Of a DNA stretch of 64,000 bases, positions 19,956 through 29,238 are shown piece after piece. Source of the DNA: an uncultured delta proteobacterium (GTDB taxonomy: Bacteria > Desulfobacterota > RBG-13-43-22); assembly GCA_963743305.1 (NCBI GenBank), contig CAVUPH010000033.1, positions 64,001-128,000 on the forward strand, given 5' to 3'. Made by a program: the position numbers and the translations under genes. Under the pieces are notes generated by a model, which did no database searches, was not told the DNA's origin, and saw only the letters and a program-made list of their open reading frames with translations. The first letter of the stretch is position 1; the number at the start of each line of letters is the position of its first letter.

Positions 19956-20604
19956 GTTTTCCTCCTTTCCGTGTCCTGCCGCTGTGAGGAGCAGGACCGG
20001 GTTGTTTTGTTGTTGGGGGTTCAGGGGTCACCATCCCCTGCAGGAAATAGCCGCTGATCTGCCGGGCGGCCAGCGGGATGGAGTGTTTTTTTATGGGGGA
20101 GAGGACCAGGAGTCGGGAGATTTCGTCCAGAGCCCCAAAAAAAGCCCTTTTGGCAATCCCGGGATGGATATCAGACCGAAAAATCCCCTGGTCTTGTCCT
20201 TCCCGGATGATGGCGGAGATCAGGTCCAGGTACTGGGCAAATTGTTGATTATCATATTCCTTCATGAATTTGCTGCTTTGGCGAACCTCCACCTGAATGA
20301 CCTCCGCCAATTCTTTGTTCTTTTGAACCAACCCCAGGTGGGCTTGGGCAAATTGTTCCATCATCCGGACCGGATCGTTCTCCCGGGCGATAACGGTTTT
20401 CATTTCTTTAATGATGTTGGTCATCTCCTCTTCGAAGAGGTTGATCAGAATATCGTCCTTATTGTGAAAATAGAGATAGATCGTCCCGTCGGCCACTTCG
20501 GCTTCCCGGGCAATTTCGGAAACCTTGGACTGATAGAACCCGTTCCGGGCAAAGATCCGAACGGCGGCCTCCAGGATTTTTTTGCGTTTGTTGGTGTCTC
20601 TCAT
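19933..20604 (-). CDS. TetR/AcrR regulator, FadR(YsiA)-like
   Basis: IAREAEVADGTIYLYFHNKDDIL HTH. Start probably 20604, since ATG 20679 lies inside the operator. Confidence 0.85.
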   Translation of the reverse strand: MRDTNKRKKILEAAVRIFARNGFYQSKVSEIAREAEVADGTIYLYFHNKDDILINLFEEEMTNIIKEMKTVIARENDPVRMMEQFAQAHLGLVQKNKELAEVIQVEVRQSSKFMKEYDNQQFAQYLDLISAIIREGQDQGIFRSDIHPGIAKRAFFGALDEISRLLVLSPIKKHSIPLAARQISGYFLQGMVTPEPPTTKQPGPAPHSGRTRKGGKREHTGLH

Positions 20605-20663
20605 GGGTGTCGGCGGACGCGAAACCGGTGAGGACATCTGGGTCCCCAGGGGCCGTCTTCTTT

Positions 20664-20712
20664 CTGAATGAAGCGTCATTCAGGATATAGATGAAAGATT
20701 GGCCGCTGTCAA
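20664..20712 (-). promoter_or_regulatory. Promoter and FadR-type operator of tetR-etfBA
   Basis: TTGACA (20712-20707), 17 nt, TATATC; palindrome CTGAATGA-N4-TCATTCAG at 20664-20683. Confidence 0.8.
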
Positions 20713-20739
20713 GCATTTAATTGGGCGGAAATCTTTCCG

Positions 20740-20768
20740 TTGACAATGATCAGGATAGGGAATAGAAT
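20740..20768 (+). promoter_or_regulatory. Sigma70 promoter of TA operon
   Basis: TTGACA, 17 nt, TAGAAT; ATAAC-N7-GTTAT palindrome just before the start codon. Confidence 0.7.
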
Positions 20769-20802
20769 ATATAAAAAAAACAACATAACTATAGAGGTTA
20801 TT

Positions 20803-21036
20803 ATGAGGACGATACAGATGACTCTTGACGATGAACTGGTTGAGACTGTCGACGCCCTGGCGAAAGAGCTTAAAACCTCCCGGTCCGCTTTTACCCGCGA
20901 AGCCTTGAAAGGGGCCCTCCAACACTATCAGATCAAAAAGCTGGAAAGCAGACATCGTCTGGGATATGAGCGCTTTCCAGCGGTCAAACAGGAATTTGAT
21001 TCCTGGGAAAAAGAACAGGTGTGGGGGGAGGAATGA
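20803..21036 (+). CDS. CopG/RHH antitoxin
   Basis: MRTIQMTLDDELV...SRSAFTREAL ribbon-helix-helix; ATGA overlap with toxin. Confidence 0.85.
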   Translation: MRTIQMTLDDELVETVDALAKELKTSRSAFTREALKGALQHYQIKKLESRHRLGYERFPAVKQEFDSWEKEQVWGEE

Positions 21037-21344
21037 AAAGAGGGGAGATTCGATGGTACAGATTCATCCATCCCGATAAGAAACGGCCAATCCTTATCCT
21101 AACCCGGGATTCCATTCTAGAATATCTTGGTGAGGTCACTGTCGCCCCAATTACGACAACGATGCGGGATATTCCGAGTGAAGTCATCTTGACCCAAAGG
21201 GAGGGAATGCCGATGGACTGCGCCGTAAATTTGGATCATATCCAGACCGTTTCCAAGGGTAAAATCGGCCCACTGATCGCTACCATTTCCTCGGATAAAT
21301 TAGAGAAAGTCGCCGAGGCTATTCGATTTGCACTCAATATTTAA
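21033..21344 (+). CDS. mazF: PemK/MazF-family toxin
   Basis: MKRGEI, KKRPILIL, VTVAPITT, NLDHIQTV. Confidence 0.88.
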   Translation: MKRGEIRWYRFIHPDKKRPILILTRDSILEYLGEVTVAPITTTMRDIPSEVILTQREGMPMDCAVNLDHIQTVSKGKIGPLIATISSDKLEKVAEAIRFALNI

Positions 21345-21356
21345 GAGGATTTACCC

Positions 21357-21911
21357 ATGGATTTGATCGCCAAATGGCAGCGCACCGGCCGTAAGGTCCT
21401 GCATTCCTTTCGAATTTTTTCAATCCGGGAAGACCGCTATCGCCTTCCCCGAAACAGTCGGGAGGTACCTTTTTACGTCCTGGAAAGCTCCGACTGGGTG
21501 AATGTCATCCCCCTGACGGATTCGGGAGAGGTTATCCTGATTCGCCAATTCCGGTTTGGTACGGAAAGTGTCACTGTGGAAATCCCGGGTGGTATCGTGG
21601 AGCCGGGGATGACACCCCTGGAAGCCGCGCAGAGAGAGTTGCTGGAGGAAACGGGATATCAATCCGTGGAATGGGACTATTTGGGATATGTACATCCTAA
21701 TCCGGCCTTCTTGAACAACCGCTGCCACAGCTTTGTGGCCCGGGGGGTGAAGAAGACGGGGGAAATCGACTTGGACGAGAGTGAGGAAATCGAGGTCACA
21801 ACGACGCCCCTGAAGAACATACCGGATTTAATCGCCGCGGGGGAAATCACCCATTCGCTGGTGGTTTGCGCCTTTCATTGGCTGGGGCTAAAAAAAATCC
21901 ACCCCCAATGA
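21357..21911 (+). CDS. NUDIX hydrolase (ADP-ribose pyrophosphatase-like)
   Basis: GIVEPGMTPLEAAQRELLEETGY Nudix box. Confidence 0.9.
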   Translation: MDLIAKWQRTGRKVLHSFRIFSIREDRYRLPRNSREVPFYVLESSDWVNVIPLTDSGEVILIRQFRFGTESVTVEIPGGIVEPGMTPLEAAQRELLEETGYQSVEWDYLGYVHPNPAFLNNRCHSFVARGVKKTGEIDLDESEEIEVTTTPLKNIPDLIAAGEITHSLVVCAFHWLGLKKIHPQ

Positions 21912-21935
21912 ATTGGTCTTGGGCGTTGATTTTTT

Positions 21936-22595
21936 TTAAAAGTTCCCCATCTTTTCCCTAAAAGTTCTGATAGTCTTCTTATAGTCCGGGGTGTGAAAAA
22001 CGGCCGATCCGGCCACGAAAATATCGGCCCCGGCACTGACCAGAGTACCCACGTTGTCCGGGGTCACCCCGCCATCCACTTCGATGTCCACTTCCAGGTT
22101 TTGTTCCCTAATCATTTTTTTCAGGTCCCGAATCTTACGAATGCTGCTGGGGATGAATTTCTGCCCGCCGAAGCCCGGATTGACGCTCATGATCATCACC
22201 ATATCCACCTCCTCCAGGATTTGATCCAGCAGAACCAGAGGAGTCGCAGGGTTCAGGACCACCGCCGGAATCATTCCGCATTCTCGGATCAGGTTTATCG
22301 TCCGGTTCAGGTGGGGACAAACTTCGATCTGGACCGCCAGGATATCGGCCCCAGCCCGGGCAAAATCCGGGATGTATTGATCCGGGTTCTGGATCATCAA
22401 ATGGACATCCAAGGGCAGGCAACTGATCTTCCGGGCGGCTTCCACCATGACCGGCCCGAAGGTGATGTTGGGGACGAAATGGCCGTCCATCACATCGATA
22501 TGGAGGTAGTCGGCGCCGGCGGCTTCCACCGCCTGGATTTCCTCGCGCAGACGGCCGAAATCGGCGGAGAGGATGGAAGGGGCAATTCGTTTCAT
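21936..22595 (-). CDS. rpe: Ribulose-phosphate 3-epimerase
   Basis: IAPSILSADF, HIDVMDGHFVPN, MSVNPGFGGQ. Confidence 0.97.
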   Translation of the reverse strand: MKRIAPSILSADFGRLREEIQAVEAAGADYLHIDVMDGHFVPNITFGPVMVEAARKISCLPLDVHLMIQNPDQYIPDFARAGADILAVQIEVCPHLNRTINLIRECGMIPAVVLNPATPLVLLDQILEEVDMVMIMSVNPGFGGQKFIPSSIRKIRDLKKMIREQNLEVDIEVDGGVTPDNVGTLVSAGADIFVAGSAVFHTPDYKKTIRTFREKMGNF

Positions 22596-22604
22596 TTTCT
22601 AAAC

Positions 22605-22760
22605 CTTTATTTTTGTAATTTAAACCATGCCCGCGGCGGGCAACCACGAAGCCTGAATATCCCCCCCAACCCCCCCTTTTTCTAAGGGGGGAGTTGAAGT
22701 CCCCCTTAGCAAAGGGGGATTTAGGGGGATTTCCAATGAACTGGAATAACCACCCAACCT
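22605..22760 (-). repeat. ~155-bp dispersed repeat, copy 2 (inverted)
   Basis: Reverse complement aligns along 15473..15630. Confidence 0.8.
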
Positions 22761-22779
22761 TTTTTTCCTCATTCCAAAG

Positions 22780-24132
22780 CTATTTTCGTACCAACCGGGC
22801 GGCGAAGAAGCCGTCGGTCCCGTGTCGGTGCGGCCAGGCGTAATAAAAACCCCGGGGATCAGCTAACCCCCCCGCCGGTCCCGGCAGATAGGGAGCTACC
22901 GAATCAAGGAAAAATTCGGTGTGCCTGGTCAGGAATCGTTCTATCACCCTTTCGTTTTCAAGCGGGCATAAGGTGCAGGTCGAATAAACCAACGTTCCCT
23001 TGGGTTTAAGGTATTCAGCCGCCTTTTGCAAGAATTTAATTTGCTGTTCCGCCAGGCGTTCGCTGTCTTCCCAGCGGATGCGCCATTTAAGGTCCGGGTG
23101 ACGCCGGATCACCCCCCAGCCGCTGCAGGGGGCGTCGACCAGGATGCGGTCAAAGGCTGGTTGATCTTTCTGGAAAAAGTCCGGTTGCAGGAAATCCCCG
23201 GTCCGGAAGCGGATATTTTTTATTCCCATCCTGAGGGCATTTTTCCATAAATCCCGGATCTTCCGGGGGTTGGAGTCGACCGCTAAAACCGATCCCCGGT
23301 TTTCAAGGAACTGGGCCAGATGGGTGGTTTTTCCCCCGACGCCCGAGCAAAGATCCAGGACCCTTTCTCCGGGCTTGGGATGGAGGAGATAAGCGATCAA
23401 CTGGGAAGCCTCATCCTGGATCTGGTAAAGCCCCTCCCGGTAAGGTCCCGAGGCATGGAGCGGGGCCTGAGGCCGAAGGATACGGAGGCCCACCGGTGAG
23501 AAGGGCGTGGGGCTCAGCGGTCCGACCTCCCTTTCCAGACGAGGGTACAGTTCTTCCCGGCTGCCCTTGAGGGTGTTGACTCGCAAGTCCAGGGGCGGGA
23601 TTTGATTGTCGGCCTCGCAGAGGGAAAGGGTTTCCTTCGGTCCCAAGGTGTCCAGCCAGTAGTTCACCAGCCAGACGGGGTGGGATTGGGTAATGGTCAA
23701 GTAACCCGGGAGATCGTCGGGAGTGGGAAAGGCCAAAGATTCCTGTATTCGGCACAAAGCTCGAAGGGTCCCGTTGATCAACCCGCCGGTCCAGGGCTCG
23801 GGCCCGGACTTGGCCAATTTGACCGATTCGTTCACGGCGGCCGAGGCCGGCACCCGGTCCAGGAGAAGAAGCTGAAAGGCCCCCAGGCGGAGAATGGACA
23901 GAGTCCGGAAAGAAAGTTTCTTTAGGGGGGCGTGAAGGCACTTTTCCAGCGCCCAGTCGATCCTGGACCGCCAGCGATAGACTCCGAAGAGCAGTTGCTG
24001 GATAAAGGCGCGGTCAATCGAGGGGATGTCCGGATGTTTCTCGTAGAGTTCCCAGAGCATTCGATCCGGAAAGAGGTCGGTTTTTTGACCATGAAGCAGG
24101 AGGGTCAGGGCCCAATCACGGGCGGAGGGCAT
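22780..24132 (-). CDS. rsmB: 16S rRNA m5C967 methyltransferase
   Basis: NusB-like N-terminus, IQDEASQ, DAPCSG, YSTCT. Confidence 0.93.
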   Translation of the reverse strand: MPSARDWALTLLLHGQKTDLFPDRMLWELYEKHPDIPSIDRAFIQQLLFGVYRWRSRIDWALEKCLHAPLKKLSFRTLSILRLGAFQLLLLDRVPASAAVNESVKLAKSGPEPWTGGLINGTLRALCRIQESLAFPTPDDLPGYLTITQSHPVWLVNYWLDTLGPKETLSLCEADNQIPPLDLRVNTLKGSREELYPRLEREVGPLSPTPFSPVGLRILRPQAPLHASGPYREGLYQIQDEASQLIAYLLHPKPGERVLDLCSGVGGKTTHLAQFLENRGSVLAVDSNPRKIRDLWKNALRMGIKNIRFRTGDFLQPDFFQKDQPAFDRILVDAPCSGWGVIRRHPDLKWRIRWEDSERLAEQQIKFLQKAAEYLKPKGTLVYSTCTLCPLENERVIERFLTRHTEFFLDSVAPYLPGPAGGLADPRGFYYAWPHRHGTDGFFAARLVRK

Positions 24133-25086
24133 TTATGGACCTAATTTTTCCCCAACCCGAAGATGAAAACCAATCAGGAAATCCTGACTGTTCAGGCGGC
24201 GATGACCTTCCAATTGAACTTCCAATAAAGACAGCGTTCCCTCCCCGGTAAGGACCTGAATTTGGGCATGCTCAAAGGAAACTATGGTGCCCGGCTCACC
24301 GGAGGCTTTTCCCTCCAGGGGTTGAGCACAGTGGATGATCAATCGTTTCCCCCGCAAAAAAGTAAAGGCTCCCGGCCAGGGCGTCAAGCCCCGTATCCAG
24401 AAATCCAATTCCGGCGCGGAAAGCTGCCAGTCGATCCGGCCTTGGGATTTTTTTAAGGGGGGAGCATAACTGGCCTGTTCCGGATCCTGGGGGCGGGCCT
24501 CTAAGGTCCCGGCCCTCAAAGACTGGAGGGTCTTGACCAACAGATCGGCCCCCAGACCGGCCAACCGGTCATGGAGGGTCTGGGCCGTGTCGGTTGTTGA
24601 AATGGGAGTCGGTTCCTGGAGCAGCAGAGCCCCGGTATCCAGGCCCGCGTCCAGGCGCATGGTAGTGATCCCGGTTTCTTTTTCCCCCGAAATCAGTGCC
24701 CATTGAATGGGAGCCGCCCCGCGAAATTTGGGGAGTAGGGAGGCATGAACGTTGATGGACCCCCAGGCCGGAATATCCAGAACAGGTTGAGGCAGGATCA
24801 GGCCATAGGCCACGACGATCAATAGATCCGGGCGGTAGGCGGATAGGGTTTCCATCACGACGGGATCTTTAAGTGATTTGGGCTGCACCAGAGGGAGCCC
24901 GTAAGCCAGGGCCGTTTCCTTTATCGGGGATCGGGCCAAACGCTGTCCGCGTCCTTTGGGGCGGTCCGGCTGGGTAAAAACGGCCAACACCTGTTCGTTA
25001 TTATCCAGTAGTTTTTTCAGGCAGGGCAAGGCAAAGCCAGGGGTCCCCATAAAAACCAGACGGGAATAATCAGACGAGTCCATCAA
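24133..25086 (-). CDS. fmt: Methionyl-tRNA formyltransferase
   Basis: FMGTP, TQPDRPKGRG, NVHASLLPKFRGAAPI. Confidence 0.97.
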   Translation of the reverse strand: MMDSSDYSRLVFMGTPGFALPCLKKLLDNNEQVLAVFTQPDRPKGRGQRLARSPIKETALAYGLPLVQPKSLKDPVVMETLSAYRPDLLIVVAYGLILPQPVLDIPAWGSINVHASLLPKFRGAAPIQWALISGEKETGITTMRLDAGLDTGALLLQEPTPISTTDTAQTLHDRLAGLGADLLVKTLQSLRAGTLEARPQDPEQASYAPPLKKSQGRIDWQLSAPELDFWIRGLTPWPGAFTFLRGKRLIIHCAQPLEGKASGEPGTIVSFEHAQIQVLTGEGTLSLLEVQLEGHRRLNSQDFLIGFHLRVGEKLGP

Positions 25087-25088
25087 TA

Positions 25089-25124
25089 ATAACCTCGCAA
25101 AAAGTCAAAAAACGACTTTCTGCT
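25089..25124 (-). repeat. 36-bp dispersed repeat, copy 2
   Basis: ataacctcgcaaaaagtcaaaaaacgactttctgct; inverted match to 14566..14601. Confidence 0.75.
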
Positions 25125-25215
25125 CGGCGGGGGAGGGTTTCCCACTCCCCCGCCATTGGAAATGAATTCCAATGGTGCCACCCCCTCCCAGCCCGGCGCT
25201 TAATCGCGCTCGGGC

Positions 25216-25746
25216 TTATGATGGACTTTGAACGAGTCCATCATTTGACTTCAGTTGTTTTTGGCGCCGTTTCTTGTAAAGGGCCCTTTTCAGGGGGCTG
25301 ATGCGGTCCAGCATGAGGACTCCTTCGAGGTGGTCAATCTCATGCTGCAGGACCACGGCCAGCATCCCTTCTCCGCAGATTTCCACCGGTTCTCCCTGGG
25401 CGTTTAATCCCCGAACGGTAACCCGGGCGTGCCTTTTCACCTCCGCATAATACTCGGGCACGCTGAGACAACCCTCTTCCTGAGTTTGAGAGCCATCGGC
25501 GGAGATGATTTCCGGATTGATCAATGCCTCGGGGTTTCGGGGCTGATCCTTGGGAGTGATATCATAAACGATGAGCCGCAGCGGTTTTCCCACCTGGTTG
25601 GCGGCCAGCCCGATTCCCGGCGCTTGGTACATGGTCTCAATCATATCCTCGACCAATTGAAGGACGGAGTCGTCAATGGCCGTTATGGGAACGGCCTTTT
25701 GCTTCAGGACCGGGTTGGGGTAGGTACAAATGTTTAAAACAGGCAT
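25216..25746 (-). CDS. def: Peptide deformylase
   Basis: GIGLAANQ, EGCLS, QHEIDH. Confidence 0.97.
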   Translation of the reverse strand: MPVLNICTYPNPVLKQKAVPITAIDDSVLQLVEDMIETMYQAPGIGLAANQVGKPLRLIVYDITPKDQPRNPEALINPEIISADGSQTQEEGCLSVPEYYAEVKRHARVTVRGLNAQGEPVEICGEGMLAVVLQHEIDHLEGVLMLDRISPLKRALYKKRRQKQLKSNDGLVQSPS

Positions 25747-25796
25747 ATCCTAAAATAACAATTTATACGCCAAATTTCAAATATTTTTGGCTAGTT

Positions 25797-28208
25797 TTAC
25801 AACATATCCACCGGATCCACATCCAGAATCAGTTGGACTCCGGAGCCCCTGAGGAACCGCCTGCTGTTTTCCAGAACCCAGGCGGAGATCTGATGCAGCA
25901 TCCGGGGGTCTTTCCCTTTCAGTAAAATCTGCCAGCGGTACCGACCTTTGATTTTATTGATCGGAGCCGGTACCGGACCCAATAGGGTCAGGGAGGAGAT
26001 CAGATTTCGTTTTTCTCTTTCCAGAGACAGCTGGATACCGATTTCCTGGGCCTTCTCTCGGACCCCTGTTTCCGGGTTGCCCTGAATAAGTATATGGACC
26101 AACCGGGTGAAGGGGGGATATTCAAATTCACGGCGGAATTTGAGTTCCTGGCGGTAGAAACCCAGGTAATCGTGACGACGGACATATTCAAAGATATAAT
26201 GATCGGGGTTATAGGTCTGAATGAATACCTTTCCCGGATAGGGGCCCCGTCCGGCCCGGCCGGCGACCTGGGCCAAGAGCTGGAAGGTCCGCTCCCCTGA
26301 TCGGAAATCCGGCCAATTGAGGGATAGATCGGCGCACAATACGCCGATCAGGGTTACTCCGGGGAAATCGTGCCCTTTGGTGATCATCTGGGTGCCGACC
26401 AGGATCTGGGTTTTTCGATCCTGAAAACGTTTGAGGATCTGGTAATGAGCATTTTTCTTGGACACCGTATCCCGGTCGAGTCGATCGATAACGGTTTCCG
26501 GGAAAAGCATTTTAAGTTCTTTTTCAACTTTTTCGGTGCCCCAGCCGATGGTCTTGATCCCCTCTCGCCCGCAGGCCGGGCAAAGAGGAAGCAAGGGCTG
26601 ATGAAAACCGCAGAGATGGCAGAGCAATTCCTGAGAAGCCGCGTGGAAGGTTAAGGAGACCGAACAGTTTCGGCAGCGGACCGGAGCTCCGCAGAGAGTG
26701 CATAAGGTCAGCGGTTCGAACCCCCGTCGGTTGAGGAAAAAGAGGATCTGGTGTCCCGCTTCCACCTGGGTCCTGACGGCTTCCAACAAAGGAGGCGACA
26801 GCGGCGTTCTCTGACGCCCTTTTCTGAATTGCTTAAGATCGATCAGGCTGATCTCGGGCATGGCCCGCTGACGAACCCGACGGGTCAACGGGAGATAAGC
26901 CATTTTTTTCCGGTCTTGAAGGTGAAGGGTGGTCAGGGAAGGAGTGGCAGAACCCAAGACGGCTACTGCCTGGGCCAGTTGGGCCCGGACCAGGGCCAGA
27001 TCCCGGGCATGGTATCTCAAAGATTCCTGCTGTTTCAAGGAGGGATCATGCTCCTCGTCCACGACGATCAACCCCAGGGCTTCCAGGGGGGCAAAAATCG
27101 CGGATCGGGTCCCCACCACGATCGGGGTTTCCCCCACTTGGATGCGCCTCCATTGATCCAGTCGTTCCCTGGGGGAAAGACCGCTGTGGAGGACGGCAAT
27201 TTTTTCACCAAACCGGGTACGGAACCGTCCTTCCATTTGGGGCACCAGACCGATTTCCGGTACCAGGATCAGGGCTTGACGGTTCCGGACCAGGGTATCC
27301 TCCGCCGCCCGCAAATAAACTTCCGTTTTCCCCGAACCGGTGACTCCGTGAAGAAGTAGAGACCGGTATTGCCCGTCGGCCAGTGCCCGCTTTATTTTTT
27401 CCAGGGCCTGCTCCTGCTCAGCGGTCAAATCAACCGGCCTTTCTTCAACGCAAAAAATTTCCCCCAGCGGGTTTTGAATACAGGGTTGTTCCCGGATCTC
27501 CAGCAGGCCTTTCCGACACCATTGGTTTAGCCGCCGGGACGAAAGGGGGAAAAAAAGGCGCAAATCCGTTAAGGGCATTCCTTCCGGCCGTTGCAGATAA
27601 GCATGGAGGGGCCGATCCTTTTCAGAAAAAGCCTCCTCCGAAAAACCGGGACCGGGATAGATCCATTTGATTTTTTTGGTGCGGGTCTTCTCTTTCGGCA
27701 GGTCTTTTCTTCTGCTGATCAAACCCTGGGCCTGCAACCGGGCAACCAATTTTTTTTGTTCTACGTCCAACTTACCCCAGGGCCGTCTTTTTTGGGTAAG
27801 ATCGGTCAGTAATTCCCGCTCCAGCCGGGGCAAAGGAGACGTTTTAAGGGTTTCCACGCCGCGGGGGGTGATTTCAATCACTTCCCGACTGTTCACGGCC
27901 AGTCCCGGGGGCAGAGCCGCTTTGATCACCTGTCCCAGAGGGTGGTGGTAATATCGGGAAATCCAGCTTAAAAAGGCCCGCAGGGAGGGACTGAAAAAGG
28001 GTTGAGGGTCGAGGATCTGCTCGATCATTTTTATGGATTGTTCGGGACCGGGGTCCAGGGCCGGCCCCCAGAGATAGCCGGTAACCCGCTGGTTCCGTAA
28101 GGGGACCAGGACCCGTTGCCCTATCTCCGGAGGAATAGGGGTTGGCGTTGGGAGCTGATAGACATAGGGCTGGTCTAAAGGTGGGATGACCACCTGGAAA
28201 AAAGACAT
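25797..28208 (-). CDS. priA: Primosomal protein N'
   Basis: GVTGSGKTEVY, DEEHD, four CxxC motifs, QVAGRAGR. Confidence 0.97.
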   Translation of the reverse strand: MSFFQVVIPPLDQPYVYQLPTPTPIPPEIGQRVLVPLRNQRVTGYLWGPALDPGPEQSIKMIEQILDPQPFFSPSLRAFLSWISRYYHHPLGQVIKAALPPGLAVNSREVIEITPRGVETLKTSPLPRLERELLTDLTQKRRPWGKLDVEQKKLVARLQAQGLISRRKDLPKEKTRTKKIKWIYPGPGFSEEAFSEKDRPLHAYLQRPEGMPLTDLRLFFPLSSRRLNQWCRKGLLEIREQPCIQNPLGEIFCVEERPVDLTAEQEQALEKIKRALADGQYRSLLLHGVTGSGKTEVYLRAAEDTLVRNRQALILVPEIGLVPQMEGRFRTRFGEKIAVLHSGLSPRERLDQWRRIQVGETPIVVGTRSAIFAPLEALGLIVVDEEHDPSLKQQESLRYHARDLALVRAQLAQAVAVLGSATPSLTTLHLQDRKKMAYLPLTRRVRQRAMPEISLIDLKQFRKGRQRTPLSPPLLEAVRTQVEAGHQILFFLNRRGFEPLTLCTLCGAPVRCRNCSVSLTFHAASQELLCHLCGFHQPLLPLCPACGREGIKTIGWGTEKVEKELKMLFPETVIDRLDRDTVSKKNAHYQILKRFQDRKTQILVGTQMITKGHDFPGVTLIGVLCADLSLNWPDFRSGERTFQLLAQVAGRAGRGPYPGKVFIQTYNPDHYIFEYVRRHDYLGFYRQELKFRREFEYPPFTRLVHILIQGNPETGVREKAQEIGIQLSLEREKRNLISSLTLLGPVPAPINKIKGRYRWQILLKGKDPRMLHQISAWVLENSRRFLRGSGVQLILDVDPVDML

Positions 28209-28329
28209 GGGGACAGGTTTTTTACCTTTATTTATCGGATGGTTAATTGTAGCATACGGGTTGGTTGAGGTACCGTCGGTTAAAAGGACAGACCTACAAA
28301 ATGTCTGTCATCAGCGACTAAGGATTCCC

Positions 28330-29238
28330 ATGCGTTCCATTGAGCAAATCGTTTCGGCCTTGGAAAAACATCATTATATAACGGATCGGCCTCTGGCCAC
28401 AGTTTTATTTCTGGCCCAAGCCCTTAAGAAACCTGTTTTTCTCGAGGGGGAGCCCGGGGTAGGGAAGACCGAGGTGGCCTTGGTGCTTTCCCGGATATTA
28501 AAAACCCGGCTGATTCGCCTTCAATGTTACGAGGGGTTGGACGTCCAGACCGCCTTGTATGAGTGGAATTATCCGAAACAGATCTTAAGCATCCGCCTGG
28601 CGGAAGCCGCCGGCCGGGGTTCGAATGACCTGGAAAAACATATTTTTAGCGAGGAATTTCTGATAAAGAGGCCCTTGCTCGAAGCGATTCTCAGTTCGGA
28701 ACCCCGGCCGCCGGTCCTCTTGATCGACGAACTGGACCGGGCTGACGAAGAATTCGAAGCCTTTTTGTTGGAAATACTTTCCGATTTCCAAATATCCATC
28801 CCCGAAATCGGGACCCTCAAAGCCAAAAAGCGTCCTTGGGTGATCATTACCTCCAATCGGACCAGGGATATCCACGACGCCCTTAAGCGGAGGTGTCTCT
28901 ACCACTGGATTGAGTACCCATCGATGGAAAAGGAATTTCAGATCATCCTCTCCCGCATACCTAAGATCGATCACTCCCTGGCAGGGAAAATCGCCCGGTT
29001 TATGTCCAGGCTGCGCAGCCAGGATCTTCAAAAAATGCCGGGGATCTCCGAGAGTCTCGACTGGGCCTGGGCCCTGATTCACTTGCACAAGCCGACCCTG
29101 GATGAACAAACCGTGGAGGAAACGTTGGGCTGTATCCTGAAATACCAGGAGGACCAACGTTTTTTTCGGGAAAAAGTGCTGGGGGATGAAGGACGGCGGC
29201 AAGCCTTTTTTGGGACCGATGCCGGGGCCCCGGGTTAA
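28330..29238 (+). CDS. MoxR-family AAA+ ATPase (CoxD-like)
   Basis: GEPGVGKT, RLQCYEG, LIDELDRADEEFE; start reassigned to ATG 28330. Confidence 0.9.
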   Translation: MRSIEQIVSALEKHHYITDRPLATVLFLAQALKKPVFLEGEPGVGKTEVALVLSRILKTRLIRLQCYEGLDVQTALYEWNYPKQILSIRLAEAAGRGSNDLEKHIFSEEFLIKRPLLEAILSSEPRPPVLLIDELDRADEEFEAFLLEILSDFQISIPEIGTLKAKKRPWVIITSNRTRDIHDALKRRCLYHWIEYPSMEKEFQIILSRIPKIDHSLAGKIARFMSRLRSQDLQKMPGISESLDWAWALIHLHKPTLDEQTVEETLGCILKYQEDQRFFREKVLGDEGRRQAFFGTDAGAPG

